In this document: one piece after another, positions 1-8,958 of the stretch
Position numbering within the stretch: the first letter of the stretch is position 1
Layout: every line of letters begins with the position of its first letter
Virus record (IMG/VR): IMGVR_UViG_3300020045_010931
Location: 1 to 52,423 of that record
From: a virus
Lineage: Duplodnaviria > Caudoviricetes
Length of the DNA stretch: 52,423 nucleotides
Direction: 5' to 3' (one strand)
Translations under genes and position numbers: made by a program
Notes under the pieces: model-generated
What the model was told of the DNA's origin: nothing
What the model saw: only the letters and a program-made list of their open reading frames with translations
Database searches by the model: none

Positions 1-366
1 ATATGAGAACCTGGATATTTTTAATCAGTTGCATGTTAAGGAGTGCGCTATCCAAGAGCAAAACTCTGACCTGTTCGCCAGGTAAACGTACGACGAAACG
101 GTAAGGTAGTATTTCCGCTTGCCCTATGAGTTTTTTGCAATTGATGTTCTTAGCAAACTTTTTCATTGTTAAAATCAATTTTGTTAATACAGTTATCGCT
201 TAAAAAATAAGTGCAAAGAAAATCAATTGCAAAAAACTCATACGGCGGGCGTAAATACTGCCTTACCGTTTCGTCGTACGTGTACCTGGCGAACAGGTCA
301 GAGTTTTGCGCTGGTATAGCGCTCTCCTTAACATGCAACTGGTTAAAAATATCCAGGTTCTCATAT
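1..366. repeat. Imperfect inverted repeat (1-155 vs 212-366), probable fold-back chimera at the contig end
   Basis: 1-155 is the reverse complement of 212-366 with about 13 substitutions; the copy has in-frame stops. Confidence 0.9.
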
Positions 367-779
367 TGCCCCCGGCATATCTTACCGATTATTGCAGAAA
401 CACAATAGGCGGTAATTTCTTTATACGCGTCGCCCACCAGGCGCTCCCGGTTTAGCCACATTACAAGGCGTATCTTACTTGTATATTGTCTCAAACCCTC
501 CCGTCGGCCACCGGCAACCGTTCCGTAATCCTCAAAATACAAAATGCTTTTACGGCTACTATCTGGGACTAATGAGACCTCCCGGCCCAGGCAATCGTCC
601 CCGCGCCCGGTAACGTCGTAACTAACCGGCATACGGTGGCGCAATGCTTTGGCCGTAACACCCTCCGCGGTGTCCGGATAGGTTGAACTTTCAACTATTT
701 GGGCCAGGCCGGCCTTTAGATCCATAAAAGGCAAAGAGGCAATCTTATTGCGCAAAATGCTGGCTAACTCTTTATTCAT
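150..779 (-). CDS. Putative tail-completion/neck protein
   Basis: 209 aa; follows the neck genes downstream of the major capsid gene; assignment by position only. Confidence 0.5.
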   Translation of the reverse strand: MNKELASILRNKIASLPFMDLKAGLAQIVESSTYPDTAEGVTAKALRHRMPVSYDVTGRGDDCLGREVSLVPDSSRKSILYFEDYGTVAGGRREGLRQYTSKIRLVMWLNRERLVGDAYKEITAYCVSAIIGKICRGQYENLDIFNQLHVKESAIPAQNSDLFARYTYDETVRQYLRPPYEFFAIDFLCTYFLSDNCINKIDFNNEKVC

Positions 780-783
780 TTGA

Positions 784-1395
784 CTATAAATTACTATCGT
801 TTATAATTTGTAAAACCCCATCCACAACCACGGTTTTTAGTGTGGTAAAATCCTGCTCACTTAACGCCTTTCCTATAAAATCCCCGTCGCGGTCCCGGTT
901 CCAGTTCATTTTTTGTTGAGCCTCGGTATTGGTCGCGCCCAGGCTACACGAATAAATCCCGGTACTCTCGGTAACGGGTCCGGGCAACATCGCCGCCCAC
1001 ATTTTATTAGTATATGAGTAATCAACGTGGCTGGATTGCAGACCCTGGGCGGCTCTAAACTCTCCCCAGGTACCCAGCCGGTCCTCTGGGGTGGCTTTCT
1101 CTTTTTTCTTTAGCTTTTTGCCCTTTCTATAGGTGGCGTCGCCGGCCTCCCCTTTCTCATTAACTCCATGCTGTTTAAGCCAGGACTGGCCGCCGCTGTT
1201 TAACTCCTTACCGTGGAAAAACCAGGCGGGTATCGGGTTTGTGCTATACTGCTCCCCGATACCCTGCTCCTTAATTTTACGCTCCGCTATGGCTTTAGCC
1301 GACAAAACCAGAGTTTCGGCAATCTCTGGTAAACGCGCTCTCAACGTGTCGCCTAATTGCTGTAATCTGGTTTTGAAATCCTCTAAATCTGGCAT
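784..1395 (-). CDS. Putative neck/virion morphogenesis protein (HK97 gp10/Mu gpG-like)
   Basis: N-terminal helix, VDYSYTNKMW (VDL..TG.M-like) motif, position after head genes. Confidence 0.55.
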   Translation of the reverse strand: MPDLEDFKTRLQQLGDTLRARLPEIAETLVLSAKAIAERKIKEQGIGEQYSTNPIPAWFFHGKELNSGGQSWLKQHGVNEKGEAGDATYRKGKKLKKKEKATPEDRLGTWGEFRAAQGLQSSHVDYSYTNKMWAAMLPGPVTESTGIYSCSLGATNTEAQQKMNWNRDRDGDFIGKALSEQDFTTLKTVVVDGVLQIINDSNL

Positions 1396-1399
1396 TTGA

Positions 1400-2614
1400 T
1401 TAGTTGTTATTTATCGGGGCAATATCCTCCATTTTAAAGAAACCCGGCACATGTTCGCCACCTATGCCATTGCCAAAATTGCCTATCGCGTCGAGGGCGC
1501 TATCAATATCCGCCTGGGTGCCGGTCGTTGTGATGTTCTGGACCATGTGTAACCCGCTTTTATCGTCGCGGCAAACAAAGCAATCCGTTGCCGTTACATC
1601 AATAACAGCGCTTATGTACTCAACCCTGGTGTCGTACTCTGTTCTAAAATGGTTACGCTTACCGTAAAGGTATTCCATGCCTTGCATGGTGTACCGGTTC
1701 ACCTCGTTAGTTTTACGGACCTCCTCAATTATAAACTCCCCAGCTTTAAATTGTACCGCTTTGGCCAGGGCAACGCTAATGGCCTCGTTTTCGTTGTACT
1801 GGCCGCAAACCAGTTGCTCATTGTAACAACGTAACTCGCAATCCACCAATAATCCCCTGGTAAACTTATCTGTAATGCCGCCTGTAAAGTCCGTAAAGCT
1901 GTCCATCTGGATACCCATAGGCTTTATGTACGCCTCAAATGGGTTTTTAAGGCCGCCGGTACAACCGCAATCAATTTTATTATCCTTTGGGTTAAAGCCG
2001 TCGCCCAGGCTACGGTCGTACGCAAAATAATAATCCTGGGGGCGCCCGTCTATGGCCATAGGCAAAACCAATGGCTCCCCGCCCATATCGACAACTGTGT
2101 GCATGTTGGCCACGGTGTTTACGGTATATGTTGCAACAACAACGCCCATTACTGACCCCTTTGGCGCCCTAATAATGTTTATTGGTAGGTTAGCGACGTC
2201 GCCGTTTACAATGATAGTGATACCGTTAACCTTAATTACCGCGTCTGGCAAAACGGACCGGAATAGGATACCCTGGATGTTTTTAACGCTGGCTAAAGTT
2301 GAGGCGTAACCCATCTGGCCAACGATACCCCTAAAAGCCGGGGCGCTGGTGGTGTACTTATTGTTTATGGCAATAATCAAATCCTCGGTTATTTGCTTAG
2401 TTGCGTTTGATACCGCCAATAATGCCAGCTGGGCCATATTTTTACACGTATCAACCTTTTGCAGGGCCTCCAGGCTTAACCCTCCCGGTAAAGTATCCAG
2501 GTAAAGCCCGGATTTTGATTTTGCCATTTCGGTACGCTGTTCGGTGGTCAGGTTTTTAACAACACATTCGCAACTCTCGACGGTAACGCCTACTATATTT
2601 TTTAAACAATCCAT
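1400..2614 (-). CDS. Cys-rich structural protein, probable head-tail adaptor
   Basis: 404 aa, 11 Cys, immediately downstream of the major capsid gene. Confidence 0.5.
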   Translation of the reverse strand: MDCLKNIVGVTVESCECVVKNLTTEQRTEMAKSKSGLYLDTLPGGLSLEALQKVDTCKNMAQLALLAVSNATKQITEDLIIAINNKYTTSAPAFRGIVGQMGYASTLASVKNIQGILFRSVLPDAVIKVNGITIIVNGDVANLPINIIRAPKGSVMGVVVATYTVNTVANMHTVVDMGGEPLVLPMAIDGRPQDYYFAYDRSLGDGFNPKDNKIDCGCTGGLKNPFEAYIKPMGIQMDSFTDFTGGITDKFTRGLLVDCELRCYNEQLVCGQYNENEAISVALAKAVQFKAGEFIIEEVRKTNEVNRYTMQGMEYLYGKRNHFRTEYDTRVEYISAVIDVTATDCFVCRDDKSGLHMVQNITTTGTQADIDSALDAIGNFGNGIGGEHVPGFFKMEDIAPINNN

Positions 2615-2634
2615 AGTAATAATTTTTTTTAAAT

Positions 2635-2642
2635 CAAAAGTA
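2635..2642 (-). promoter_or_regulatory. Bacteroidota -7 promoter box TACTTTTG
   Basis: Matches TAnnTTTG upstream of 1400..2614; abuts the capsid-gene terminator. Confidence 0.55.
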
Positions 2643-2645
2643 AAT

Positions 2646-2675
2646 AAAAAAAGCCGTGCAACTTAATGCACGGCC
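2646..2675 (-). terminator. Intrinsic terminator after the major capsid gene
   Basis: GCCGTGCA/TGCACGGC stem followed by a U-tract on the minus strand. Confidence 0.8.
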
Positions 2676-2701
2676 TTTCAAAGTTTTACGGTCCTGGGGC
2701 C

Positions 2702-3787
2702 TTATGCCGCTACACGGTTGTAAGCGGTTACGCCTGTAGGTGTGTAAGTGGTTCCGTTAATGGTTGTTGGGCAACCGTTAGGGTTTAAGAAAATACCGCC
2801 CTCTGTTCTGAAACTCCATTTGTGTAGAATTTCGCGAATTTTGGTAACTGGGTTGTCCACGCACTCCATTTTAAAAGTAACGTCGTACTCAACGCCAGGC
2901 AACAAACGGCTCTTAATCTTAAACTCGGTACGGTTGATAGCGTCCATTTTATTAGGCGTTTCACGGTAACGTGCGCGGGTTTTGAACGCCACGGCACCAG
3001 GGGCCACAATAAAAGTATCCACGTCGTTGATACCAGCTTTATCAAAATTAAACTGATCGTATGCAACGCGACCGTCCAACCTGGCGGCGCGGGTACCGTC
3101 GCCTTTGCCGTCGTTATTACCGGCGTCAATTTTGGCGTTTTCGATAGGCTGGTAAAGCCAACCGCGATCTATAATGTAGCCAGCTGGCATTTTGTTAATG
3201 ATAGCCTGTTGTTGTAAAACAGTCAATAGGCGAACATCAAACGCGTTTGCTGGGATACCAGTTGAGTTGTTTGCAAAGCTAAACCCGTTAGACGCAACGC
3301 CATTGCTGGCCACGGCTACGTTAATACCGGCAAACGATTTAAGTTTTGCAAGTAATTGCTGGCTCCAAAATTCGTCCAGGGCTTTAGTGTGCAATAAAAT
3401 GCCGGCCGCGGTAAACTCCTCATAAGTGTAGTAATTGGTACGAAATTTTTCAATATTAATTTTCAACCCTGGGGTCGATTTTAATATATCTAATTTGTAC
3501 GCTAAACCACCGGTACCCAGTTCCTGGCCGTCAATCTCGCAATCGCTAACCGCGTCGGAAACTTCTATACCACATGGGTTAATGAAGTTAACGACAACCT
3601 CGTTGTCGCGGTCTGGGTTCTCCAGTTCTTTAAAGCGGGCTGTCTGGTTTTTTAGTACCGCCAGGGCCGTGTCGCTATACGGGACGTACTCCTGGGATAA
3701 CTGGCTATCGGTCCACATCTGTTCGGCCTTTAGCTTGATTTTTAAAATTTGGCTTTCGGTTAAATCGCCATTCGCTGGGAAATTCAT
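2702..3787 (-). CDS. Major capsid protein
   Basis: 361 aa; follows scaffold and portal genes and is followed by a strong terminator; FIVAPGAVAF strand typical of the HK97-fold C-terminal region. Confidence 0.75.
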   Translation of the reverse strand: MNFPANGDLTESQILKIKLKAEQMWTDSQLSQEYVPYSDTALAVLKNQTARFKELENPDRDNEVVVNFINPCGIEVSDAVSDCEIDGQELGTGGLAYKLDILKSTPGLKINIEKFRTNYYTYEEFTAAGILLHTKALDEFWSQQLLAKLKSFAGINVAVASNGVASNGFSFANNSTGIPANAFDVRLLTVLQQQAIINKMPAGYIIDRGWLYQPIENAKIDAGNNDGKGDGTRAARLDGRVAYDQFNFDKAGINDVDTFIVAPGAVAFKTRARYRETPNKMDAINRTEFKIKSRLLPGVEYDVTFKMECVDNPVTKIREILHKWSFRTEGGIFLNPNGCPTTINGTTYTPTGVTAYNRVAA

Positions 3788-3815
3788 GTTTGTAAGTTGT
3801 AAAAGGGTAAAAAAA

Positions 3816-4718
3816 TTAAACTGCGCTTGTCTCTTTTTCCCAAACCTCCGAAACCTTTAAACGGTCCTCTAACTTAATGCTCTCGTCCCCTAATATTTTA
3901 CCCAGTTCGTCCAGGTTTTTAGGTTTCGAGATACCGGCCGGGTAATCCGCGCCGCCGCCCTGTTGGTGGTCGTTGTTATCGTTACCGCCATTCGCGCCGC
4001 CGTTGTTATTCTGAAATTCAAAGTAACTGCCGGCGTTTGTCTTAACAAGTTCGTCAAAAGACAAATTGTTACCGTGACTATCGGTAACAACCTTTCCGTC
4101 TTTCATTATGGTAATACCGCTATCGGTAATATCAAAATCGTACCCGGTTAATGACTGCAAAAATGTGTTTTTGATGTTTTGGGCGATAGTAGGGTTTTTA
4201 GAGTAAACAGGTTTTAAGCCCTCCAGTACCTCCATAGCTTTTGCCTGGGCTTTGCCTATGGTTTCTTTGCGGGTAAACTCGGTATCCTTTTGGGATAACT
4301 GGGTTTTGTAATCGGTCTCCTGGTCCTTTAACGCCCTGTTTAGTTCTTTCTCCCGGTTAATGTACGCGGGGTGTTTCCTAACGTCGTCGTCGGTCAGGTC
4401 CTTTGGCTTCGCGCCGCCGGCACCGGCTGTTTTCTCCTCAATAACTTTCTCTATCAGTTCCAGACCTGTAACGTCGGCCTCTACTCCGAATTTTTCTTTA
4501 ACTGATTTTTCCAGTTTTTCCAGCGCCTCCTTAGTACCTTTTTTGTGGCCGTCCGCGAACGTTTGGCCCTCTTTAGGTTTTGTGAGTGTGGCGACCCTGG
4601 TCGCGTCAGCTTCAAGTATTAATTTTTCCGCCTCGTTTTCATCCTTTAGAATTTCATCGATTTGGCCAGCATCTAATTTATACGCCTTAGATAGTAGCGC
4701 CCGTAATATCTTTTCCAT
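3816..4718 (-). CDS. Capsid scaffolding protein
   Basis: Charged coiled coil with an N/G-rich linker near the C-terminus, directly upstream of the capsid gene. Confidence 0.7.
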   Translation of the reverse strand: MEKILRALLSKAYKLDAGQIDEILKDENEAEKLILEADATRVATLTKPKEGQTFADGHKKGTKEALEKLEKSVKEKFGVEADVTGLELIEKVIEEKTAGAGGAKPKDLTDDDVRKHPAYINREKELNRALKDQETDYKTQLSQKDTEFTRKETIGKAQAKAMEVLEGLKPVYSKNPTIAQNIKNTFLQSLTGYDFDITDSGITIMKDGKVVTDSHGNNLSFDELVKTNAGSYFEFQNNNGGANGGNDNNDHQQGGGADYPAGISKPKNLDELGKILGDESIKLEDRLKVSEVWEKETSAV

Positions 4719-4720
4719 GA

Positions 4721-4728
4721 CAAAAGTA
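4721..4728 (-). promoter_or_regulatory. -7 box TACTTTTG, 2 nt upstream of the scaffold ATG
   Basis: TAnnTTTG with a TTTG at 4748-4751 (19 nt spacing). Confidence 0.65.
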
Positions 4729-4748
4729 TAATGTAATTTTCAAACTGC

Positions 4749-4774
4749 AAAACCCCCAGCTTAATTGCCGGGGG
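4749..4774 (-). terminator. Intrinsic terminator
   Basis: CCCC.GC/GC.GGGG stem followed by a U-tract on the minus strand. Confidence 0.55.
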
Positions 4775-4793
4775 CCTATTTTTTCTTTTTTTA

Positions 4794-5480
4794 TTACTTA
4801 TTGAGCGCGGCAACCTCGTCAGGTACCGCTATAACTTGTTTCCACCCGTTTTTATTAACCCCTAAAAGGTCCCAGGTTTTACGGCTAAATATGGTCTGCA
4901 TTTCGCCGTTTTTGGCTGTAATGTAACCCTCTCCGTGGTTTCTAACGTTCAATTCGTGCAAACGCTGTTTTTCGGCCGCTCTTTGCTGGGCCTCCAGGTC
5001 CTTACGCTCCTGCTCCTCCCTTTGTTCGCGGGCCAGTCGCTCCTCGTTGGTTTCCGGGGCTGGCGTGTTATCCACTACAACCGGCGGAATAATTGGCGCG
5101 GGTGTCGGTGTCTGTACCGCTGGCGCAATTGGTGGCGGCGGTGGCGTTGTACCCTGGGGCGCGGTTTGTACCGGTGCCGGCGGGGTCGCTCCCGGTGGGG
5201 TTGCCTCTCCAGGATTAGCCGGGCCGGGGCCGTTGTTGTTTTCCGTGGCCGGTGGCGTTACGCTGGTGGTGTTTGGCTGGGTACCGGTCCCAGCTGGTGG
5301 CGTGGTGGCCGGCGGGGTTGCGGCCCCAGCCTGTTTTAATAGATCGGTTGCTGATTTTCCGCTGTTTTCAGCGGCCAGCCTCTCCGCTTTCTCTTTAGCG
5401 ATTTTAGCGGCTCCAGTTAACGGTTTTACCGGTTTATCCGTGCCGGTGCCGTTGTTGTTTTCTGTCTCTGGGTGGTCCAT
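4794..5480 (-). CDS. Pro/Thr-rich low-complexity protein with a small C-terminal domain
   Basis: ATPP/TTPP repeats, a short coiled coil, then a compact domain YITAKNG...KNGWKQV. Confidence 0.7.
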   Translation of the reverse strand: MDHPETENNNGTGTDKPVKPLTGAAKIAKEKAERLAAENSGKSATDLLKQAGAATPPATTPPAGTGTQPNTTSVTPPATENNNGPGPANPGEATPPGATPPAPVQTAPQGTTPPPPPIAPAVQTPTPAPIIPPVVVDNTPAPETNEERLAREQREEQERKDLEAQQRAAEKQRLHELNVRNHGEGYITAKNGEMQTIFSRKTWDLLGVNKNGWKQVIAVPDEVAALNK

Positions 5481-5504
5481 GATTAAATTATTTGTTTAAA
5501 AATT

Positions 5505-5532
5505 CAAATGTATGCAAAATTATTGTGCCAAA
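5505..5532 (-). promoter_or_regulatory. Bacteroidota-type promoter (TTTG ... TACATTTG)
   Basis: -7 box at 5505-5512; TTTG at 5529-5532 (short 16 nt spacing). Confidence 0.5.
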
Positions 5533-6398
5533 TCTTTGAGGTCTGGCCGTAATGTAAATGCCAGGGCTTTAGGTATCCAGTTGTAATGATGCCGGCAACC
5601 GTATCCGCCACGGTCCAGGAAAGGGTTATAATCTGGCGGTTTGGCCTCGGTCGGGTTAAACTTCTCTATCTCCTCCCTGGTAAACACCTTTCCGTTTTTG
5701 TCTATGCAAAATTTACGGCTGGTTTTGATTAGGCCGCCCTCATAAATGGCGTAATCCAGGTTTAGCTTATCGGCATACACCTGGCTATTTGCGCCGTCAA
5801 CCTGGCTGTATAGATCATAAACAAAATTACGGGCATAGCTTTGGAGGGCGCCCGCTTTCTCTTTATTGCCGGCAACGTACGTTTGTACCGCCTCCTTTGC
5901 CTGGTTATAGCCTCCCTGGGTAATAATCTCCTTAACGGCAATATTCCGGATTTGGTTTTTAATCCTGGGGTCCTTAATCAGCGTATCCAGGTAACCGTTT
6001 GGCTTAACATTGTTTTTAACGATACCCAGCCAGCCAGATATTAGGTTTGCGGCCTCGGTTTTAATGGGCAACAATATTGCCGGCTTATCGAACGTACTAA
6101 AGTAATTAGCGTTGAAATCAATTATTTTACTTACCCCATCGACAATAGTTTTAACTATCTCCAGGCCGTGGGTGGCGTTGTACTGGGTAAACACCTCGTC
6201 TAATAATGACAGTAGCCGGCGGTTTTTTGTACTGTTAAGGATAACCCCGCCGTCGGTCTCCAGCTTATCCAGAAACTCATTAACCACCAGGTCCAGTAAA
6301 CCGCGTTGGCTTTCGGCAATCCTCCCCTCCAGGGTGTAATTTATTGAGGCAATGAGGTCCGTACGGTTACCGGTTAAAAGTTCTAATTTGTCGGCCAT
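5520..6398 (-). CDS. Minor head morphogenesis protein (SPP1 gp7/Mu gpF-like)
   Basis: Directly after the portal; SRKFC...GKVF and GGYGCRH motifs. Confidence 0.75.
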   Translation of the reverse strand: MADKLELLTGNRTDLIASINYTLEGRIAESQRGLLDLVVNEFLDKLETDGGVILNSTKNRRLLSLLDEVFTQYNATHGLEIVKTIVDGVSKIIDFNANYFSTFDKPAILLPIKTEAANLISGWLGIVKNNVKPNGYLDTLIKDPRIKNQIRNIAVKEIITQGGYNQAKEAVQTYVAGNKEKAGALQSYARNFVYDLYSQVDGANSQVYADKLNLDYAIYEGGLIKTSRKFCIDKNGKVFTREEIEKFNPTEAKPPDYNPFLDRGGYGCRHHYNWIPKALAFTLRPDLKDLAQ

Positions 6399-6408
6399 CT
6401 GCTATAAT

Positions 6409-6432
6409 GAAAAAACCGGCACGTCGGCCGGT
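6409..6432 (-). terminator. Intrinsic terminator after the portal gene
   Basis: ACCGGC/GCCGGT stem followed by a U-tract. Confidence 0.65.
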
Positions 6433-6437
6433 ATGGT

Positions 6438-8402
6438 TTATTTTTCGGTATTTTCTTCGTCGTCGGGGTTCTGGTCGTCCGGGTTTCCGTTATTGTCGCC
6501 CCCGTTATTTTGCTCCCGTCCGCCTGGTCCGCCCAGCAAATTATTGCGGAAAGTATTAAGGTCCATCTTTGGCGCGTCGGCCTCAATCAGTTTTTTATAC
6601 TCCTCAATTTTCGCGTCCAGTATGGCACGCTGTTTTTTTCGGTCCTGGGTGGTCCAGTAATCCGGTACCTCCTCCTCAATATCAATAAATATCAACTCGA
6701 AATTTGAGTAAAGTATTTTGGACCGCCTCGGTACCTCTGGGCTGGATAACAAAACCGCAATCTCGTCCGGGTTCTTACCGTTAAAAGGGAAAAACCGGCG
6801 CTTAATCCGGACCTTTAAAAGGCCCAGCTGGTCGCCAGCAAAAATAATATCGGCCAGGTCCGCGGTAATGCTGTCTTTCATAAACGACGGGGCGCCGCTT
6901 TCGTTTATGGTTTTAAGTTCGGCCAGCAAAACATCAGCTGTCTTTAACTTGAAATCGGCCGGGAAAACGTGGTCTATATCAGCGTTTTCCAGGTCCTCAA
7001 CATTGGCCAGCATAGCAATAACGCCTACAATGTCTTTCCAAATGTCGCTAAACTTCTCGGTAAACGGCTCCAGGGCGTCGTACACCGATTGCATATTGTT
7101 ATCATTCTCGGTGGCCGTCTGCATTGGCTGGCCACTCTCCCCGCTCCCGTTATTGGTTTTTTTAACAAATACCTGGCTGTTAAAAACCGCCTGGTGTACC
7201 TCGCTTTTAAGTTGCTGGGTATATTCGTTTTGAAACTTAACCAACTCCATGCTGGGCGTAACATAGGCCACCAACTTAGTAAGATCTATTATCTCATTAT
7301 TAGGCGTGCCTTTCTCTGGCATTGGCAAAGTAATAACGTCCTGGCTCGTTTTGTGGCCACCCCCGAAACCGGTACCGCTACAGGCTGGGCAAACCTGGCC
7401 ATCCATCGTATAACCGCCGTTACATTTTTTTTCCCGGCTGGGTCCCTTACATACTGGCGCGTACTGTATTTTTTGCGGGAATACGTGGTTTGTCATGGTC
7501 AAATCAAACTCCGATACGGTTTTGATTGACTTATCAAAGAAACACATACCGTCATGGTATGGGTTGACGTACGTACGGCCGTCGGTATCCAGGTCGCCAA
7601 AATACCCTATACGGAACGCCGGAACGAATTTTAATTTAGGCTCGTTAACCGTCTCCAAATAAACCACCTGGTTAGTTTTGGGGTCGGTAATGTATTGCTG
7701 GTTTTTGCCTGGCGCAAAGCCCACACTATCCAGGTACTCCTTATTGACGTTTTCCCAAACAATGGTATAATCTTTTTCGTAAAGGGTGTGCTTTATGCCG
7801 GCCTTTTTGATAACGTTACCACCCTCCAGGGTATTAACTTTAATATCAAACTGGGTATAGAGCCAATAAACCTCCTCGTTTATCACTTTGAAGTTACGGG
7901 CCTGTTTGCTGGATACTTCAAAGGGCCTGGCCTGGATAACGTCGGCCGCGCTTTCCGGGGCGTCCCACTCTACAACGACCCAGGCGTTAGGGTCGGTAAA
8001 GGTCAGAGCCATAAAGCGCGACTTTAGCCAATAGTCCAGACCTTTTGTTTTACGCTTACTGGAGCCGTAAAACTTTTTAATCATGATCTGGATTTGCTCA
8101 TTTTTGGCCGGGTCCTTAACGTCAACTACAGAGCGGATACGCTGGTTACGTGCAACCTTGTAAAACGGCACCCGGATAGACGCGGCCACCGCCGGGGTAA
8201 TGGCTTTGGTTATGGTGCAACGCTGAATAAAGGCAACGGGGTCCTCTTTACTGGCAACGCGGCGCAATAGCTTTGCCATGTTGGTACCCGTCATTAAGAT
8301 TTTATTTTTTTCCGCTAACTCGGTAACGGTTTTGTAATCCTGGTGGGTTAGGTTGCCCTCTACCTGTTCGCGTATTAACTTCTGGGCCTCTGTTAGCTTC
8401 AT
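6438..8402 (-). CDS. Portal protein with an inserted Zn-ribbon
   Basis: ~654 aa (likely start MKLTE at 8402), upstream of minor head/scaffold/capsid genes; acidic disordered C-terminus; CKG..CNGG..CPACSGTG insert. Confidence 0.75.
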   Translation of the reverse strand: MKLTEAQKLIREQVEGNLTHQDYKTVTELAEKNKILMTGTNMAKLLRRVASKEDPVAFIQRCTITKAITPAVAASIRVPFYKVARNQRIRSVVDVKDPAKNEQIQIMIKKFYGSSKRKTKGLDYWLKSRFMALTFTDPNAWVVVEWDAPESAADVIQARPFEVSSKQARNFKVINEEVYWLYTQFDIKVNTLEGGNVIKKAGIKHTLYEKDYTIVWENVNKEYLDSVGFAPGKNQQYITDPKTNQVVYLETVNEPKLKFVPAFRIGYFGDLDTDGRTYVNPYHDGMCFFDKSIKTVSEFDLTMTNHVFPQKIQYAPVCKGPSREKKCNGGYTMDGQVCPACSGTGFGGGHKTSQDVITLPMPEKGTPNNEIIDLTKLVAYVTPSMELVKFQNEYTQQLKSEVHQAVFNSQVFVKKTNNGSGESGQPMQTATENDNNMQSVYDALEPFTEKFSDIWKDIVGVIAMLANVEDLENADIDHVFPADFKLKTADVLLAELKTINESGAPSFMKDSITADLADIIFAGDQLGLLKVRIKRRFFPFNGKNPDEIAVLLSSPEVPRRSKILYSNFELIFIDIEEEVPDYWTTQDRKKQRAILDAKIEEYKKLIEADAPKMDLNTFRNNLLGGPGGREQNNGGDNNGNPDDQNPDDEENTEK

Positions 8403-8417
8403 TTTTAAAAGTTTTAC

Positions 8418-8467
8418 CAAATGTAAGTAAAAAAATAAAGGCCAAATATCTTTAATATCTGGCCTTT
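8418..8467 (-). promoter_or_regulatory. Portal promoter overlapping an upstream terminator
   Basis: TACATTTG at 8418-8425 and TTTG at 8443-8446 inside an AAAGGCCA/TGGCCTTT hairpin. Confidence 0.6.
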
Positions 8468-8490
8468 ACTACATGAAAAACAAAACAACG

Positions 8491-8925
8491 TTACTCTTTA
8501 AACAATTCGCCCAGTACCGACAACGTGACCGACTGGGTACCGGCGCCTGTATATCTAAATTGATAGTATCGGTATTTGTTTGGTCCCAGGTCGAATAATT
8601 TACCCTGTTGTGTAACGTTCGTAACCAGCAAACTATCGGTATTGACCCGCTTATACAGGACGCCGCTATTGCTGTACCACAACGTTACGACGCCCGCGGC
8701 CGTACCGCTGATTTTGTCCAGCTTTACCTCCGCGGTAAAGTTTTTATAGACCGTGGTGGGGGCCAGGGTTAGTGCGCGGGTATTCGCATTAACAACCCTT
8801 ACCGTGTCTAAATTGGTGGCGCTCTTAAACTTCGCCTCAACGATAACCTTGTTATCGACCTGGGCCTGGACCTGGGTTGTCATTAAAAACAAACCGGCCG
8901 CAACTGCAATTAAAAGTTTTTTCAT
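8491..8925 (-). CDS. Signal-peptide-bearing beta-rich protein
   Basis: MKKLLIAVAAGLFLMTTQVQA-Q Sec signal; TLWYSNSG and YRYYQFRY suggest a beta-sandwich. Confidence 0.7.
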   Translation of the reverse strand: MKKLLIAVAAGLFLMTTQVQAQVDNKVIVEAKFKSATNLDTVRVVNANTRALTLAPTTVYKNFTAEVKLDKISGTAAGVVTLWYSNSGVLYKRVNTDSLLVTNVTQQGKLFDLGPNKYRYYQFRYTGAGTQSVTLSVLGELFKE

Positions 8926-8958
8926 TTTTAAAAAATTGTTTTGCTCAAATATATAAAT

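Noticed and set aside
1-366. DGR template/variable repeat pair, or hairpin telomere
   Set aside because: Mismatches are not adenine-specific on either strand, no reverse transcriptase or protelomerase is recognisable, and the arm is imperfect with a 56-nt loop
4935-5499. Gly/Arg-rich plus-strand ORFs
   Set aside because: Antisense to the Pro-rich gene; a by-product of low complexity
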